Shown here in pieces: positions 50,161-61,020 of a DNA stretch of 64,000 nucleotides. The notes under the pieces were generated by a model. It was not told where the DNA came from. It saw only the letters and a list, made by a program, of their open reading frames with translations, and searched no databases. This DNA comes from Ginglymostoma cirratum (taxonomy: Eukaryota): contig JAHRHZ010000002.1 of assembly GCA_024137785.1 (NCBI GenBank), forward strand, positions 5,928,008-5,992,007, written 5' to 3'. How positions within the stretch are numbered: position 1 is the stretch's first letter; the number at the start of each line of letters is the position of its first letter. The translations under genes were made by a program, and so were the position numbers.

Positions 50161-51566
50161 GGTAACATATGGACACACAAGTTTTTGGTAAATGCAAACA
50201 AGTGTCAGATGGAATTCAATGCAGAGAAGTGTGAAGTTATATATTTTGGTACTAAGAATGAGAAGTGGTAATAAAACAAAGGCAGAATTCTAGAAAGGGT
50301 AAGGTAAACAGGAAACCTGGGATATATGTGCACCAACCTTTGAATGTTATCGTGCGGGTTGAAACAAAAAACAAAACAGGTATTGTGCACTAGAAATTGA
50401 AGTGCAGGGGAAATAAACAAGGAATTTGTGAGGAAATTTTATCAAGACAAAGATTTGATTTCAAGACAGAATTGTGTCCTGTTATACGCACCTTTTTTCT
50501 TCTTGGAGGAAAACTTCACGGAGGCTACAGAAAGGTTTGTGAGCATGTTTCCAGCAATGATTAAGTTCTCTTATGTTACCTGAAAAAAAGCAGGATTGTT
50601 CTACTTGGAAGTTTCTATATAGAGAAGTAACTGGATAGCAGTGATTGAAATAATGCTTTGCCTAGACAGAGACTGATAGGAAGAAACTGCTCCAATGGTG
50701 GATGGGTTGTAAATCAATGATCACTATGAGGCTAATTAATGGCAAAAGAGCCAACAACAACATGAGGATACCTTTCCACTTTATAGGATTTGGAATGCAT
50801 CAGCTGACAGTGTGGTGTGAGGCAGATTCAATTGTGACTTTCAAAAGGGCCTATGGATATGCAGCTTCAGAGAAAACATTATCAAGAAAGGACAGGAAAG
50901 TATGACCAGATGAGTTCCTCTCAGAGGGCTAGCCTCCTTAAGTGCTGTGACCATTTAATTATTTTATAAACCTATACAACTGTAACCTAAATTTCAAGAT
51001 TGCAGTCTGAGCTAGTGAAAAATCTGCCACAGGCTTACCTCTGACGCATGAGGACATCAATCTGTACTGGTGAATAAATCTGACTTGTAAATCGAGATAT
51101 TCAACCCATAATTCTGCCCATTGTGACAACATGTTGATCTTAGAATGGAACCAAGGTTTGGGTCACTGAACCCTGAACGCTGTTGATTTGAAGCCAGGTC
51201 AATGTCGGCCAGTGATCATTAAGCCTCAAGTAAGATTGAAATGAATCAATGATATTCTAGCTGTATGCCAGTTTCTGATTGAATCTTCGTTCTTCTGGCT
51301 TTGCTGTTCAGTTTGAATAACTTTCTTCAGCATGGCATAAACAGTCCCACAAAAGCAATACATTGTCATCTGCTGACAGCTAAAGTGACAGTCTTGTATG
51401 AGGAATGTATTAAGGTATCTCTGATACAATCCCGCTTGCTGCACGAACGACAAATGCAGTTGTATGTGTTTCGTGATCAATGCACAATATCATGAAATGG
51501 AATATAATAACATGGAATTGGACCATAGGTATAAAAAAAGTTTAAAATTTGATGGAAATTACAAAT

Positions 51567-52250
51567 TCATAGTCCTACATCGTGGAAACAGGCCCTTTTG
51601 GCCCAACTTGTCCATGCTGACCAGCTTTCCCACACTGAACTAGTCCCATTTGCCTGTAAAAACCAAAAGAACTGCGGATGCTGTAAATCAGGAAGAAAAA
51701 CAAAGTTGCTGGAAAAGCTGAACTGGTCTGGCAACATCTGTGGAGGAGAAAACAGTTAACGTTTCGGGTCCGGTGACCCTTCCTCAGACCCTTCCTGTTC
51801 TGAGGAAGGGTCACTAGACCCGAAACGTTAACTCTGTTTTCTCCTCCACAGATGCTGCCAGACCTGTTCAGCTTTTTCAGCAACATTGTTTTTGTTCCCA
51901 TTTGCCTGTGTTTGGCCCATATCCCTCAAAATCTTTCTTATCCATGTACCTGTTTAAATGTCCTTTTAATTGGACCCACATCTACCACTCCTCTGGCAGT
52001 TTGTTCAACATACACACCACCCTCTGTGCAGAAAAGTTTGCACGTCAGGACCTTTTTAAATCTTCCCTCCTCTCACCTTAAACCTATGTCCTCTAGTTTT
52101 AGACTCCCCTACCCTGGGGAAAAGACTTTTTGCTAATCACCTTATCTGTGTCCCTCATGATTTTATAAACCTCTACAAGGTCACCCCTCTCTCCCGGGTG
52201 AAAAACGTCCCAGCCTATTCGAACCTCCCCTCATCATTAAACCTTCCAGT
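51567..52250 (-). mobile_element. CR1 3' fragment carrying a palindromic insertion
   Basis: Reverse-complement CR1 tail, continuous across the insertion at 51658-51895. Confidence 0.8.
51658..51895. mobile_element. Palindromic Penelope mini-element with two back-to-back hammerhead cores
   Basis: Minus-strand core 51758-51787 and plus-strand core 51800-51829; inverted arms of ~95 bp; 14-bp TSD tcccatttgcctgt at 51644-51657 and 51896-51909. Confidence 0.9.
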
Positions 52251-52414
52251 CTCAGTTAGATCCTTGAAAATCATTTTTTGCATTTGAAAGCGTGAACCTT
52301 TTTGATCTACTTTTTCAATACCATATTCTTGGCAACTTGGTGATTCCCAGGGACTCGCTGCTCTTGGCCTCTGCTCTGAGGCTCCACAGTAAATAAGTAT
52401 TCTGATTTCTTCAG

Positions 52415-54676
52415 ACCTCAGACCAGTGGGTTCCGTGCAGCCCTCCGCTCCCTCTGCTCCAATCCCAACCTCACCATAAAACCCGCGGACAAGGGAGGCG
52501 CAGTCGTAGTATGGCGCACTGACCTCTACATTGCTGAGGCCAGGCGCCAACACTCTGACGCCTCCTCCTACCGCCCCCGGATCATGACCCCACCCCTGAG
52601 CACCAAACCATCATTTGCCAAACCATCCACAACTTCATCACCTCAGGTGACCTCCCACCCACCGCCTCCAACCTCATCGTTCCCCAACCCCGCACTGCCC
52701 GCTTCTATCTCCTCCCCAAAATCCACAAACCTGAATGCCCTGGTCGACCCATTGTCTCCGCCTGCTCCTGCCCCACCGAACTCATCTCCACCTACCGAGA
52801 CTCCATTTTCACCCCTTTGGTCCAGGAACTCCCTACCGACGTCCGTGACACCACCCACGCCCTCCACCTCCTCCAGAACTTCCAATTCCCAGGTCCCCAA
52901 CACCTCATTTTTACTATGGACGTCCAGTCCCTATATACCTGTATTCCCCATGCTGATGGCCTAAAGGCCCTCCGCTTCTTCCTGTCCCGCAGAACAGACC
53001 AATCCCCCTCCACCGACGCCCTCATCCGCCTAGCCGAACTCGTCCTCACCCTCAATAACTTTTCTTTCAATTCCTCCCACTTCCTACAGACAAAGGGGGT
53101 GGCCATGGGTACCCGCATGGGCCCAAGCTATGCCTGCCTCTTTGTAGGTTATGTGGAACAATCCCTCTTCCAGACCTACACTGGCCCTAAACCACACCTC
53201 TTCCTCCGTTACATTGATGACTGCATCGGTGCCGCCTCGTGCTCCCACGAGGAGCTCGAACAGTTCATCCACTTCACCAACACATTCCACCCCAACCTGA
53301 AGTTCACCTGGACCATCTCCAACACTTCTCTCTCCTTCCTGGACCTCTGTCTCCATCTCGGGCAACCACCTAGAGACAGATGTCCATTTCAAGCCCACTG
53401 ACTCCCACAGCTACCTGGAATACACCTCCTCCCACCCACCCTCCTGCAAAAATGCCATCCCCTATTCCCAATTCCTTCGCCTCCGCCGCATCTGCTCCCA
53501 GGATGAGACATTCCAATCCCGCACATCTCAAATGTCCTCATTCTTCAAGGACCGCAACTTCCCCCCCCACAGTGGTCGAGAACGCCCTCGACCGTGTCTC
53601 CCGCATTTCCCGGAACACATCTCTCACGCCCCGTCCCCGCAACAATAACCAAAAAAGAATCTCCCTCGTCCTCACGTACCACCCCACCAACCTCCGGATC
53701 CAACGCATCAGCCTCCGACACTTCCGCCATCTGCAGTCAGACCCCACCACCAAAGACATCTTTCCCTCCCCACCCTTATCTGCCTTCCGGAGGGACCACT
53801 CCCTCCGCGACTCCCTTGTCCGCTCCACACTCCCCTCCAGCCCCACCACACCCGGCACTTTTCCTTGTAACCGCAGGAAGTGCTACACCTGCCCCCACAC
53901 CTCCTCCCTCACCCCAATCCCAGGCCCCAAGAAGACTTTCCACATCAAGCAGAGGTTCACCTGCACATCTGCCAATGTGGTATGCTGTATCCGTTGTGGC
54001 TTCCTCTACATCGGGGAAACCAAGCGGAGGCTTGGGGACCACTTTGCANNNNNNNNNNNNNNNNNNNNNNNNNNNNNNNNNNNNNNNNNNNNNNNNNNNN
54101 NNNNNNNNNNNNNNNNNNNNNNNNNNNNNNNNNNNNNNNNNNNNNNNNTATCTGCCTTCCGGAGGGACCACTCCCTCCGCGACTCCCTTGTCCGCTCCAC
54201 ACTCCCCTCCAGCCCCACCACGCCTGGCACTTTTCCTTGTAACCGCAGGAAGTGCTACACCTGCCCCCACACCTCCTCCCTCACCCCAATCCCAGGCCCC
54301 AAGAAGACTTTCCACATCAAGCAGAGGTTCACCTGCACATCTGCCAATGTGGTATGCTGTATCCGTTGTGGCTTCCTCTACATCGGGGAAACCAAGCGGA
54401 GGCTTGGGGACCACTTTGCAGAACACCTGCGCTCAGTTCACAACAAACAACTGCACCTCCCAGTTGCGAACCATTTCAACTCCCCCTCCCATTCCTCAGA
54501 TGACATGTCTATCCTTGGCCTCCTACAATGCCAGTGATGCCACCCGAAGGCTGCAGGAACAGCAAATCATATTCAGCCTGGGAACCCTGCAGCCCAATGG
54601 CATCAATGTGGATTTCACAAGCTTCAAAATCTCCCCTCCCCCAACCGCATCCCAAAACCAGCCCAGCTCATCTCCA
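52415..54676 (+). mobile_element. Penelope-like element (family C), RT and GIY-YIG, frameshifted; spans the assembly gap
   Basis: FTMDVQSLYTCIPH, GVAMGTRMGPSYA, FLRYIDD, FLDL; NVVCCIRCGFLYIGETKRRLGDHFAEH. Confidence 0.92.
54049..54148. other. Assembly gap (100 N)
   Basis: Run of N; 53777-54048 is repeated at 54149-54420. Confidence 0.98.
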
Positions 54677-55640
54677 AGATAACAAGCATGGGGCTGGATG
54701 AACACAGCAGGTCAAGCAGCATCATAGGAGCAGGAAAACTTGACGTTTCGGGCCTAAACCCTTCATCAGAAATGGGGGAGGGGAAGAGGGTTCTGAAATA
54801 AATAGGGAGAGAGGGGGAGGCGGATAGAGGATGGATAGGATAGAGGAGAGGATAGGTGGAGAGGAGGCAGACAAGTCAAAGAGGCGGGGATGGAGCCAGT
54901 AAAGGTGAGTGTAGGGAGGGGATAGGTCAGTCCAGGGAGGACGGACAGGTCAAGGGGGCGGGATGATGTTAGTGGATTGGAGATGGGGGTGTGGCTTGAG
55001 GTGAGAGGGAAAACAGGTTAGGGAGGTGGAGATGAGCTGGGCTGGTTTTGGGATGCGGTTGGGGGAGGGGAGATTTTGAAGCTTGTGAAATCCACATTGA
55101 TGCCATTGGGCTGCAGGGTTCCCAGGCTGAATATGATTTGCTGTTCCTGCAGCCTTCGGGTGGCATCACTGTGGCATTGTAGGAGGCCAAGGATGGACAT
55201 GTCATCTGAGGAATGGGAGGGGGAGTTGAAATGGTTCGCGACTGGGAGGTGCAGTTGTTTGTTGCGAACTGAGCGCAGGTGTTCTGCAAAGCGGTCCCCA
55301 AGCCTCCGCTTGGTTTCCCCGATGTAGAGGAAGCCACAACGGGTACAGCGGATGCAGTATACCACATTGGCAGATGTGCAGGTGAACCTCTGCCTGATGT
55401 GGAATGTCTTCTTGGGGCCTGGGATTGGGGTGAGGGAGGAGGTGTGGGGGCAGGTGTAGCACTTCCTGCGGTTACAAGGAAAAGTGCCGGGTGTGGTGGG
55501 GCTGGAGGGGAGTGTGGCGCGGACAAGGGAGTCGCGGAGGGAGTGGTCCCTCCGGAAGGCAGATAAGGGTGGGGAGGGAAAGATGTCTTTGGTGGTGGGG
55601 TCTGACTGTAGATGGCGGAAGTGTCGGAGGATGATGCGTT
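54677..55640 (-). mobile_element. Inverted Penelope family C copy (GIY-YIG and terminal repeat)
   Basis: ORF 55018-55659(-): NVVYCIRCTRCGFLYIGETKRRLGDRFAEH; hammerhead core at 54742-54769(-). Confidence 0.9.
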
Positions 55641-55644
55641 GGAG

Positions 55645-56044
55645 CTCCACCTCCCTCACCGGTTTTTCCTCTCACCCCAAGCCACACCCCCATCTCCTAT
55701 CTACTAACATCATCCCGCCCCCTTGACCTGTCCGTCCTCCCTGGACTGACCTATCTCCTCCCTTCCCCCCCTACCTACACTCACCTTTACTGGCTCCATC
55801 CCCGCCTCTTCGACTTGTCTGCCTCCTCTCCACCTATCCTCTCCTCTATCCACCTTCTATCCGCCTCCCCCTCTCTCCCTATTTATTTCAGAACCGTCTT
55901 CCCCTCCCCCGTTTCTGATGAAGGGTTTAGGCCCGAAACGTCGAGTTTTCCTGCTCCTATGATGCTGCTTGACCTGCTGTGTTCATCCAGCCCCATGCTT
56001 GTTATCTCGGATTCTCCAGCATCTGCAGTACCTTTTTATCTCTG
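55645..56044 (+). mobile_element. Penelope family C terminal repeat, plus strand
   Basis: Reverse complement of 54677-55030; ends gattctccagcatctgcagtacctttttatctctg. Confidence 0.88.
55915..55942 (+). ncRNA. Minimal hammerhead ribozyme motif (Penelope family C)
   Basis: CTGATGA-A-GGGT-TTAG-GCCC-GAAAC-GTC; palindromic ACGT stem III and GUC cleavage triplet. Confidence 0.75.
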
Positions 56045-56601
56045 ATTCCTACAGGATTGACTGGATGGCTATGAGCTGCACCCCTCTGCTTCATACTCCC
56101 TCAGGTTTTAACTTCTCAGCCCAAGACCTACCGCCAGTGTACTCTCGTGTTGCAGAGTTGCCCGTGGCAGTCTTTTCCCCTCCCAGAATTTTTCTTTGAA
56201 TACATTTCCCTGCAATGGTTACAATAATGAGCTCTCCTTATTGGAATTTAAAGATATGACCGGTAGGAAGTGACAGGTTGTAGTCAAATATTCACAAACG
56301 ATGTATCATTCAAATTGCTCTTAAGCAGTGTTCGCTGTTCTTGATCTCCGATGTCCTGTCAATGACAGTGACTGGCTCACTCTCCCAAAGATGCATGAGA
56401 CCAAATAAGAATATGAAAATTGTGAAAATTTAATTTTGGCAGGTGTTGAGGTGTTGGGAAATGGTCTTACAAAAGTCGCACTCTTGTAGCTAAAGTGTGG
56501 GGAACCATTGTGAAAAGAGAATGAATACGTTGCCTCATTTACTACACTATGCTCTTCATTGTTTTTTCTGGATCTTCTAACATTTATTTTCCGTTCTCTA
56601 G

Positions 56602-56618
56602 GTTACAGTGTTATTTAA
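56602..56618 (+). CDS. MHC class I-like heavy chain, putative last coding exon (cytoplasmic tail GYSVI*)
   Basis: Strong acceptor: branch-like ttctaac, polypyrimidine tract, ttctctAG|. Phase 1 gives (G)YSVI-TAA; followed by AT-rich UTR-like sequence with ATTAAA 56753 and AATAAA 57148. Confidence 0.65.
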
Positions 56619-57570
56619 CCAGGGCCTGAGACGGTTAAATGCTCGAGTTGAGTTGGCAGCAAAGACAGACCAAAATGGGATATTTTCTTTGTAACTATAG
56701 CTGTTTTAATTGCATAATCATTTTACATGTGTTTTATCTTTCTAATAATTTTATTAAAGCATTAATTATTTGCTCAACTTTGGAATGACCAATGCCATGT
56801 TTGATCTATAATTGCATAAGCTGATTCTATGTATTACATAATGGCAGCAACAAATTTCTGGCATTCAAGAGTGTGTGTTGTCAATATTATTCCTACATTC
56901 CAGAGATTTCCTGGATGTTGGCCTCAGGTAGAGGACCTGCACTTGTGGGGTTAGGTAATGGTTATGGAAGTTCTGTTCAATCAGTGGGTGGACAACTGAG
57001 TATCACAAACTTTTGATAAAGTTACTACTCACCTATTGCATCCATGCTGCATTGGGCGAGGAAAACTCAGGTGACACTTTCCTTTATATGTAAAGAGATT
57101 GATGTTGATGTAGCTTGTCTGCTGCTAACAGAATAATTCTAAATGGGAATAAAACTAAAAGACATTCTCCAACCGGTGTGTAATCTTTGTCTGTCAGCAT
57201 TAAGTGAAGTGCATCTCCAGAAAATCAACACAAGCTGTAAAGGTATTTTCAGAATATTTTAGAGGGAAGATTTAACAGTGGCAAGGGATGACCGCAAACC
57301 TTGGTTATGTGGACTTTGCCTCTGTCAGAGACTTTTGTTCCACCTTACGAAGGAAATTAATCTCCACACACGGTAGAAAAAGTACCACACCACATTAGAC
57401 ATTATTAACTCCCATCATGTATCCCACTCAATGTTAATTTTCATTGAACTCTGGGAAAAAAATGCTATTTGCGGCATGTAACAGGTTTTATCTGCTCATG
57501 CCTATTTTGCACAGCTATTGTGGAAGCTATTCATTTAGAGGTCAGGACTCATTAAAGCCCAACCTTTGTG

Positions 57571-58460
57571 TTATTTCCCTAAGATAGTGACTAGACTCAA
57601 TGGATACTTGAATAGATTTTTTAACTGCTCTCTGAATTTCGTCTGGGAAACTGCATAAATAATGGTGTTTGTGCAGGAACTCAAGTGTTGCAGCATGTAT
57701 CCTGTTTGCTCCATAATGGTAAAAGGATTACTGTAATCTGTGTGCAAGTATTCAACATCCATAATTTGTACACATATATAATGAGTAAATGTGACTGTCC
57801 ACAGCAGTATAAAGCTACCAGATATGGCCAATAGTAAAATGATGGATTTCCGTCGGTTTTCCATTTCTGGGTCTTTGTCACTACCCCGGAGACCCTTCCT
57901 GATCCTGCTTGTCAGTAGAATATGCCTGATGGTCAGGCCATTGAATATAAGGATCAAGAGAAAAGGAATAAAAGGCATGAAAGCTATATCAATCCATAAG
58001 AATGTAACCCACAGAGGAACAGTGTACAAACTTAATTTTATATTGCAGAACCATAATATATTATCAATTATTATGCGAGGTTCAAACGTAAAGTAAATTG
58101 GTATGTTTTCCAGGATGCTCAGCACCCATATCATGGTGACAACTATTGCTGCAGACTTTTCGGTGCAATAATGTGTTCTTGTTTTTTGGCAACAAATAGC
58201 AACAAATCTGTCAAAGGTAAAAGCTACAGTCAACCAGACAGAGCATTCAATAAAAGCAAAAATTAGGAAGAAATTCAGACTGCAGATAGGTGTATAGTCC
58301 AAGAAGGAATCTGGGAAATAAACTTCATTCATCTCATAGAGAACCACATCAAATAGGAGGACCAGTAGATCTGCTGCTGCCATGGATACCAGGTAAATTG
58401 TGATGCATTTAGAGAGGCCACATTTTCCATGGGAGAGAATCACAATTGTTACCAAATTGG
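57571..58460 (-). CDS. GPR139/GPR142-like class A orphan GPCR, main coding exon (end of TM1 through TM7 and C-tail); exon 1 not located
   Basis: Acceptor ttcttctccgtgtacAG|CC AAT TTG; (A)NLVTIVILSHGKCGLSKCITIYLVSMAAADLL, CSVWLTVAFTFDRFVAIC, DPEMENRRKSIILL, SSCTNTIIYAVSQTKFR; no stops. Confidence 0.9.
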
Positions 58461-60539
58461 CTGTACACGGAGAAGAAATGAAATAGATTTAAAAAAAATA
58501 ACTTGAGCAGAATGATTGACAATGATCAATGCTTTTTTTCCCATTAACTCTCATCCAAATAATTTTGATAATTCTGAGGATGCATATCAGCAAAATATCA
58601 TTTATTGTCAAAGTTAGTCAAGCAACAAATTAGAGACTTAAGCACCAATTTCAGAACACCTCATTAAAGTTTCTAATTTGTTGTTCATACAACTTTAGAG
58701 GCAAGCAATGAAGTTAGGGATTTATTGCAGCACACTTACAGATATAGTGCATCATTTACAATTTTCTCAATGTTATCATAAACCGCATGAAATAATTTTT
58801 CTGTTCCTTGTGAAAACCAGCATTCCTAGAATCACAGTCATTTATGGCACAGATGGAGTTCATTCAGCTCTTCATGGAGTAATCTGTTCATTCCTGCTCT
58901 GCTGCTCAGTCTTAATATGCCTGTGAGGTTGTTTAATTCAACTGTCTATTCAATCTTCTCTTGAAAGCATTGATTATTTCTACCACCAACCCATCAGAGA
59001 ATTACTACTCGCTACCTTAGAAAAAACTCCATTTCTTGTCTCAGATCCTAAGTCTGTGTCCATTAGTGCTTATGAATTCATGAGAAGAGTTTTTGCTTGT
59101 TTGTCTTTTTCCAATAAATCATAACAGAATTTTAGAATCACAGTTACTGGGGCACAAAAGGGCATCATTCCACCCATTTTATGGGCTGTTGAGTGAATTT
59201 GTCTTCCCATCTGCCAGTTCCCTCTGAATTGTGGCATCACATCTATGTCATCTCACCTTATTTTTTTTAGCTCAAAATATATTGCCAGAAACTCTTTTAC
59301 ATTGAGTTCCATAGACAACTTATCAACGGATTCTATTGCCTCTACCCTGTTCCAGGCAACTCTCAACATTCTCACTGTTTGCTCCTCCTACGTTTTGCGA
59401 TCTTTGCAAAATTTCAAAATTTTTCTCCAGATCAAAGGTTTAAGTCAACAAGATATAATGGAAAATGCTTCCAAGTTTGCAATCAATCTGTTTTCTTCTA
59501 ATCGACCCCTAAAATCAAATGAGAACTACAATTTTGGCAATAGATATGTTCGATGGTGTTGTAATACCAGTCTGGACAGGATTAAAATTTTCTTATTAGC
59601 ACTGTTAAAAATTCATGATTACCAGATGGATCGGTCAATAAGTGTTTCTCCAGAGCTGTAGTTTCATTTTAGGCCAAGCTACACATACCATCACAATTTT
59701 AAAACTTCTTTTTCTCCTGAATGAATGTTACTTTCATGCACATGACTAGTGTGGGAAGTAAGTGGTATAATGGTAGTGTCTCTGAATGAGCAACCTGGAA
59801 GCCCAAGCAAAAATTCTAAGGACATGAGTTTTAATCACATCATAGCAGATGGCAACATTTTAATTCAATAAAAAAGCTACGTTAATGTTACCACTGTCAA
59901 TTAGTGTACCCAGATGACTTTTGTCCTGCAGTTAACCTGACATGATCTGGCATACATGTAGTTCCAAACCCATAGCAATTTGGTTAATACGTAACTACCC
60001 TAACTTAGGAATGGACAATAAATGTTGGCACATGTCAGCAATGCACACATGCAGTCAACTAGTTTCTAAGAAGGAGAATCATGATATCTCTGTCAACTGC
60101 TGCAATCATTAAATTTATCTTCACGGGTTAATCTGAGAAGTGTCCTCTCCTTGGGGCAATGATGCAAATTGAGGTATATGGGTATAACTGTCCATTGAAT
60201 GGCAATCCTGAGACATTTATTTCAATTCTGGTCTTGGTGATGCCTGTCTCCAGTCCATGGGCAGAATTCATGAAGTGGTGGAATACTGTCCACTTCCATG
60301 AATGAAGGGAACTCAAACACAACTCAGGAGGCTGGACACTGACCAGATTAAAGTAGTTCATTTGAATGGAATTCCATGCTCCACTTTCGACATCCATTTC
60401 CATCATCACATAGGCACAGTGGCAGCAGTTTTTACCATCTGCATGATGCACTGCAGTTATTTTTAGCCACAATCACTTACTTTGTTTTAGCTCTTCAGAA
60501 ATTCACTGTTGGACTGGACATTTCCCAATCTGAAAGCTC

Positions 60540-61020
60540 CAATGTCGATGTTGTTGGCTTGCTTGTCAAGCTGGCTGGTTATCATTCAGACGTTTCATCA
60601 CCATACTAGGTTACATCATCAGTTTAGCCTCCAATGAAGCGATGTTGTTCAAATCTGCTTGGAACTTATATGATTTGGTTTGTTAATTTGAGTTCTTTTT
60701 TGATGGGTTTTATTTGGGGTCTAATTCCCCAAGTTTGTTGATTGCATTACGGGTTGAAAACTAGGCCTCTAGGAATTCCCATGTGTGTCTGTGGTTGGCT
60801 TGAGCTAAGATGGTCATGCTGCCCCAGTTAAGTTGATGGCTTTCATTGTCCAAATGCATTGAGATGAGGGAAATTTTGTTGTGCCATTTTGCTGCTAGCT
60901 GGTGTTTGTGTATCCTGATGGCTAGTTTCCTTCCAGTCTGGCTGATGTAATGTTTGTTGCAGTCATTACAAAGTATTTTGCAAACTATGTTGGTTTTGCA
61001 TGTCATGGGTTTGGGGTCTT
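60540..61020 (-). mobile_element. Penelope family B inverted arm (GIY-YIG and terminal repeat)
   Basis: NIVCKILCNDCNKHYISQTGRKLAIRIHKH; degenerate hammerhead core at 60589-60622(-). Confidence 0.82.

Noticed and set aside
52351-52390. Alternative MHC cytoplasmic exon after tgattcccAG
   Set aside because: Weak polypyrimidine tract, sits between repeats, and yields an unremarkable peptide; the 56602 acceptor is much stronger. Not formally excluded.
53380-54682. Long 362-385 aa ORFs
   Set aside because: They read through the N gap and a duplicated flank; these are Penelope frames, not host genes.
58735-58820. Minus-strand segment ...VYDNIEKIVNDALY|GTAAGT as GPCR exon 1
   Set aside because: The donor is phase 2 in that frame, no hydrophobic TM1 is encoded, and the other frames have stops.
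60478-60535. Minus-strand AAA|GTAAGT donor as GPCR exon 1
   Set aside because: All three frames contain stops just upstream; at most a non-coding exon.
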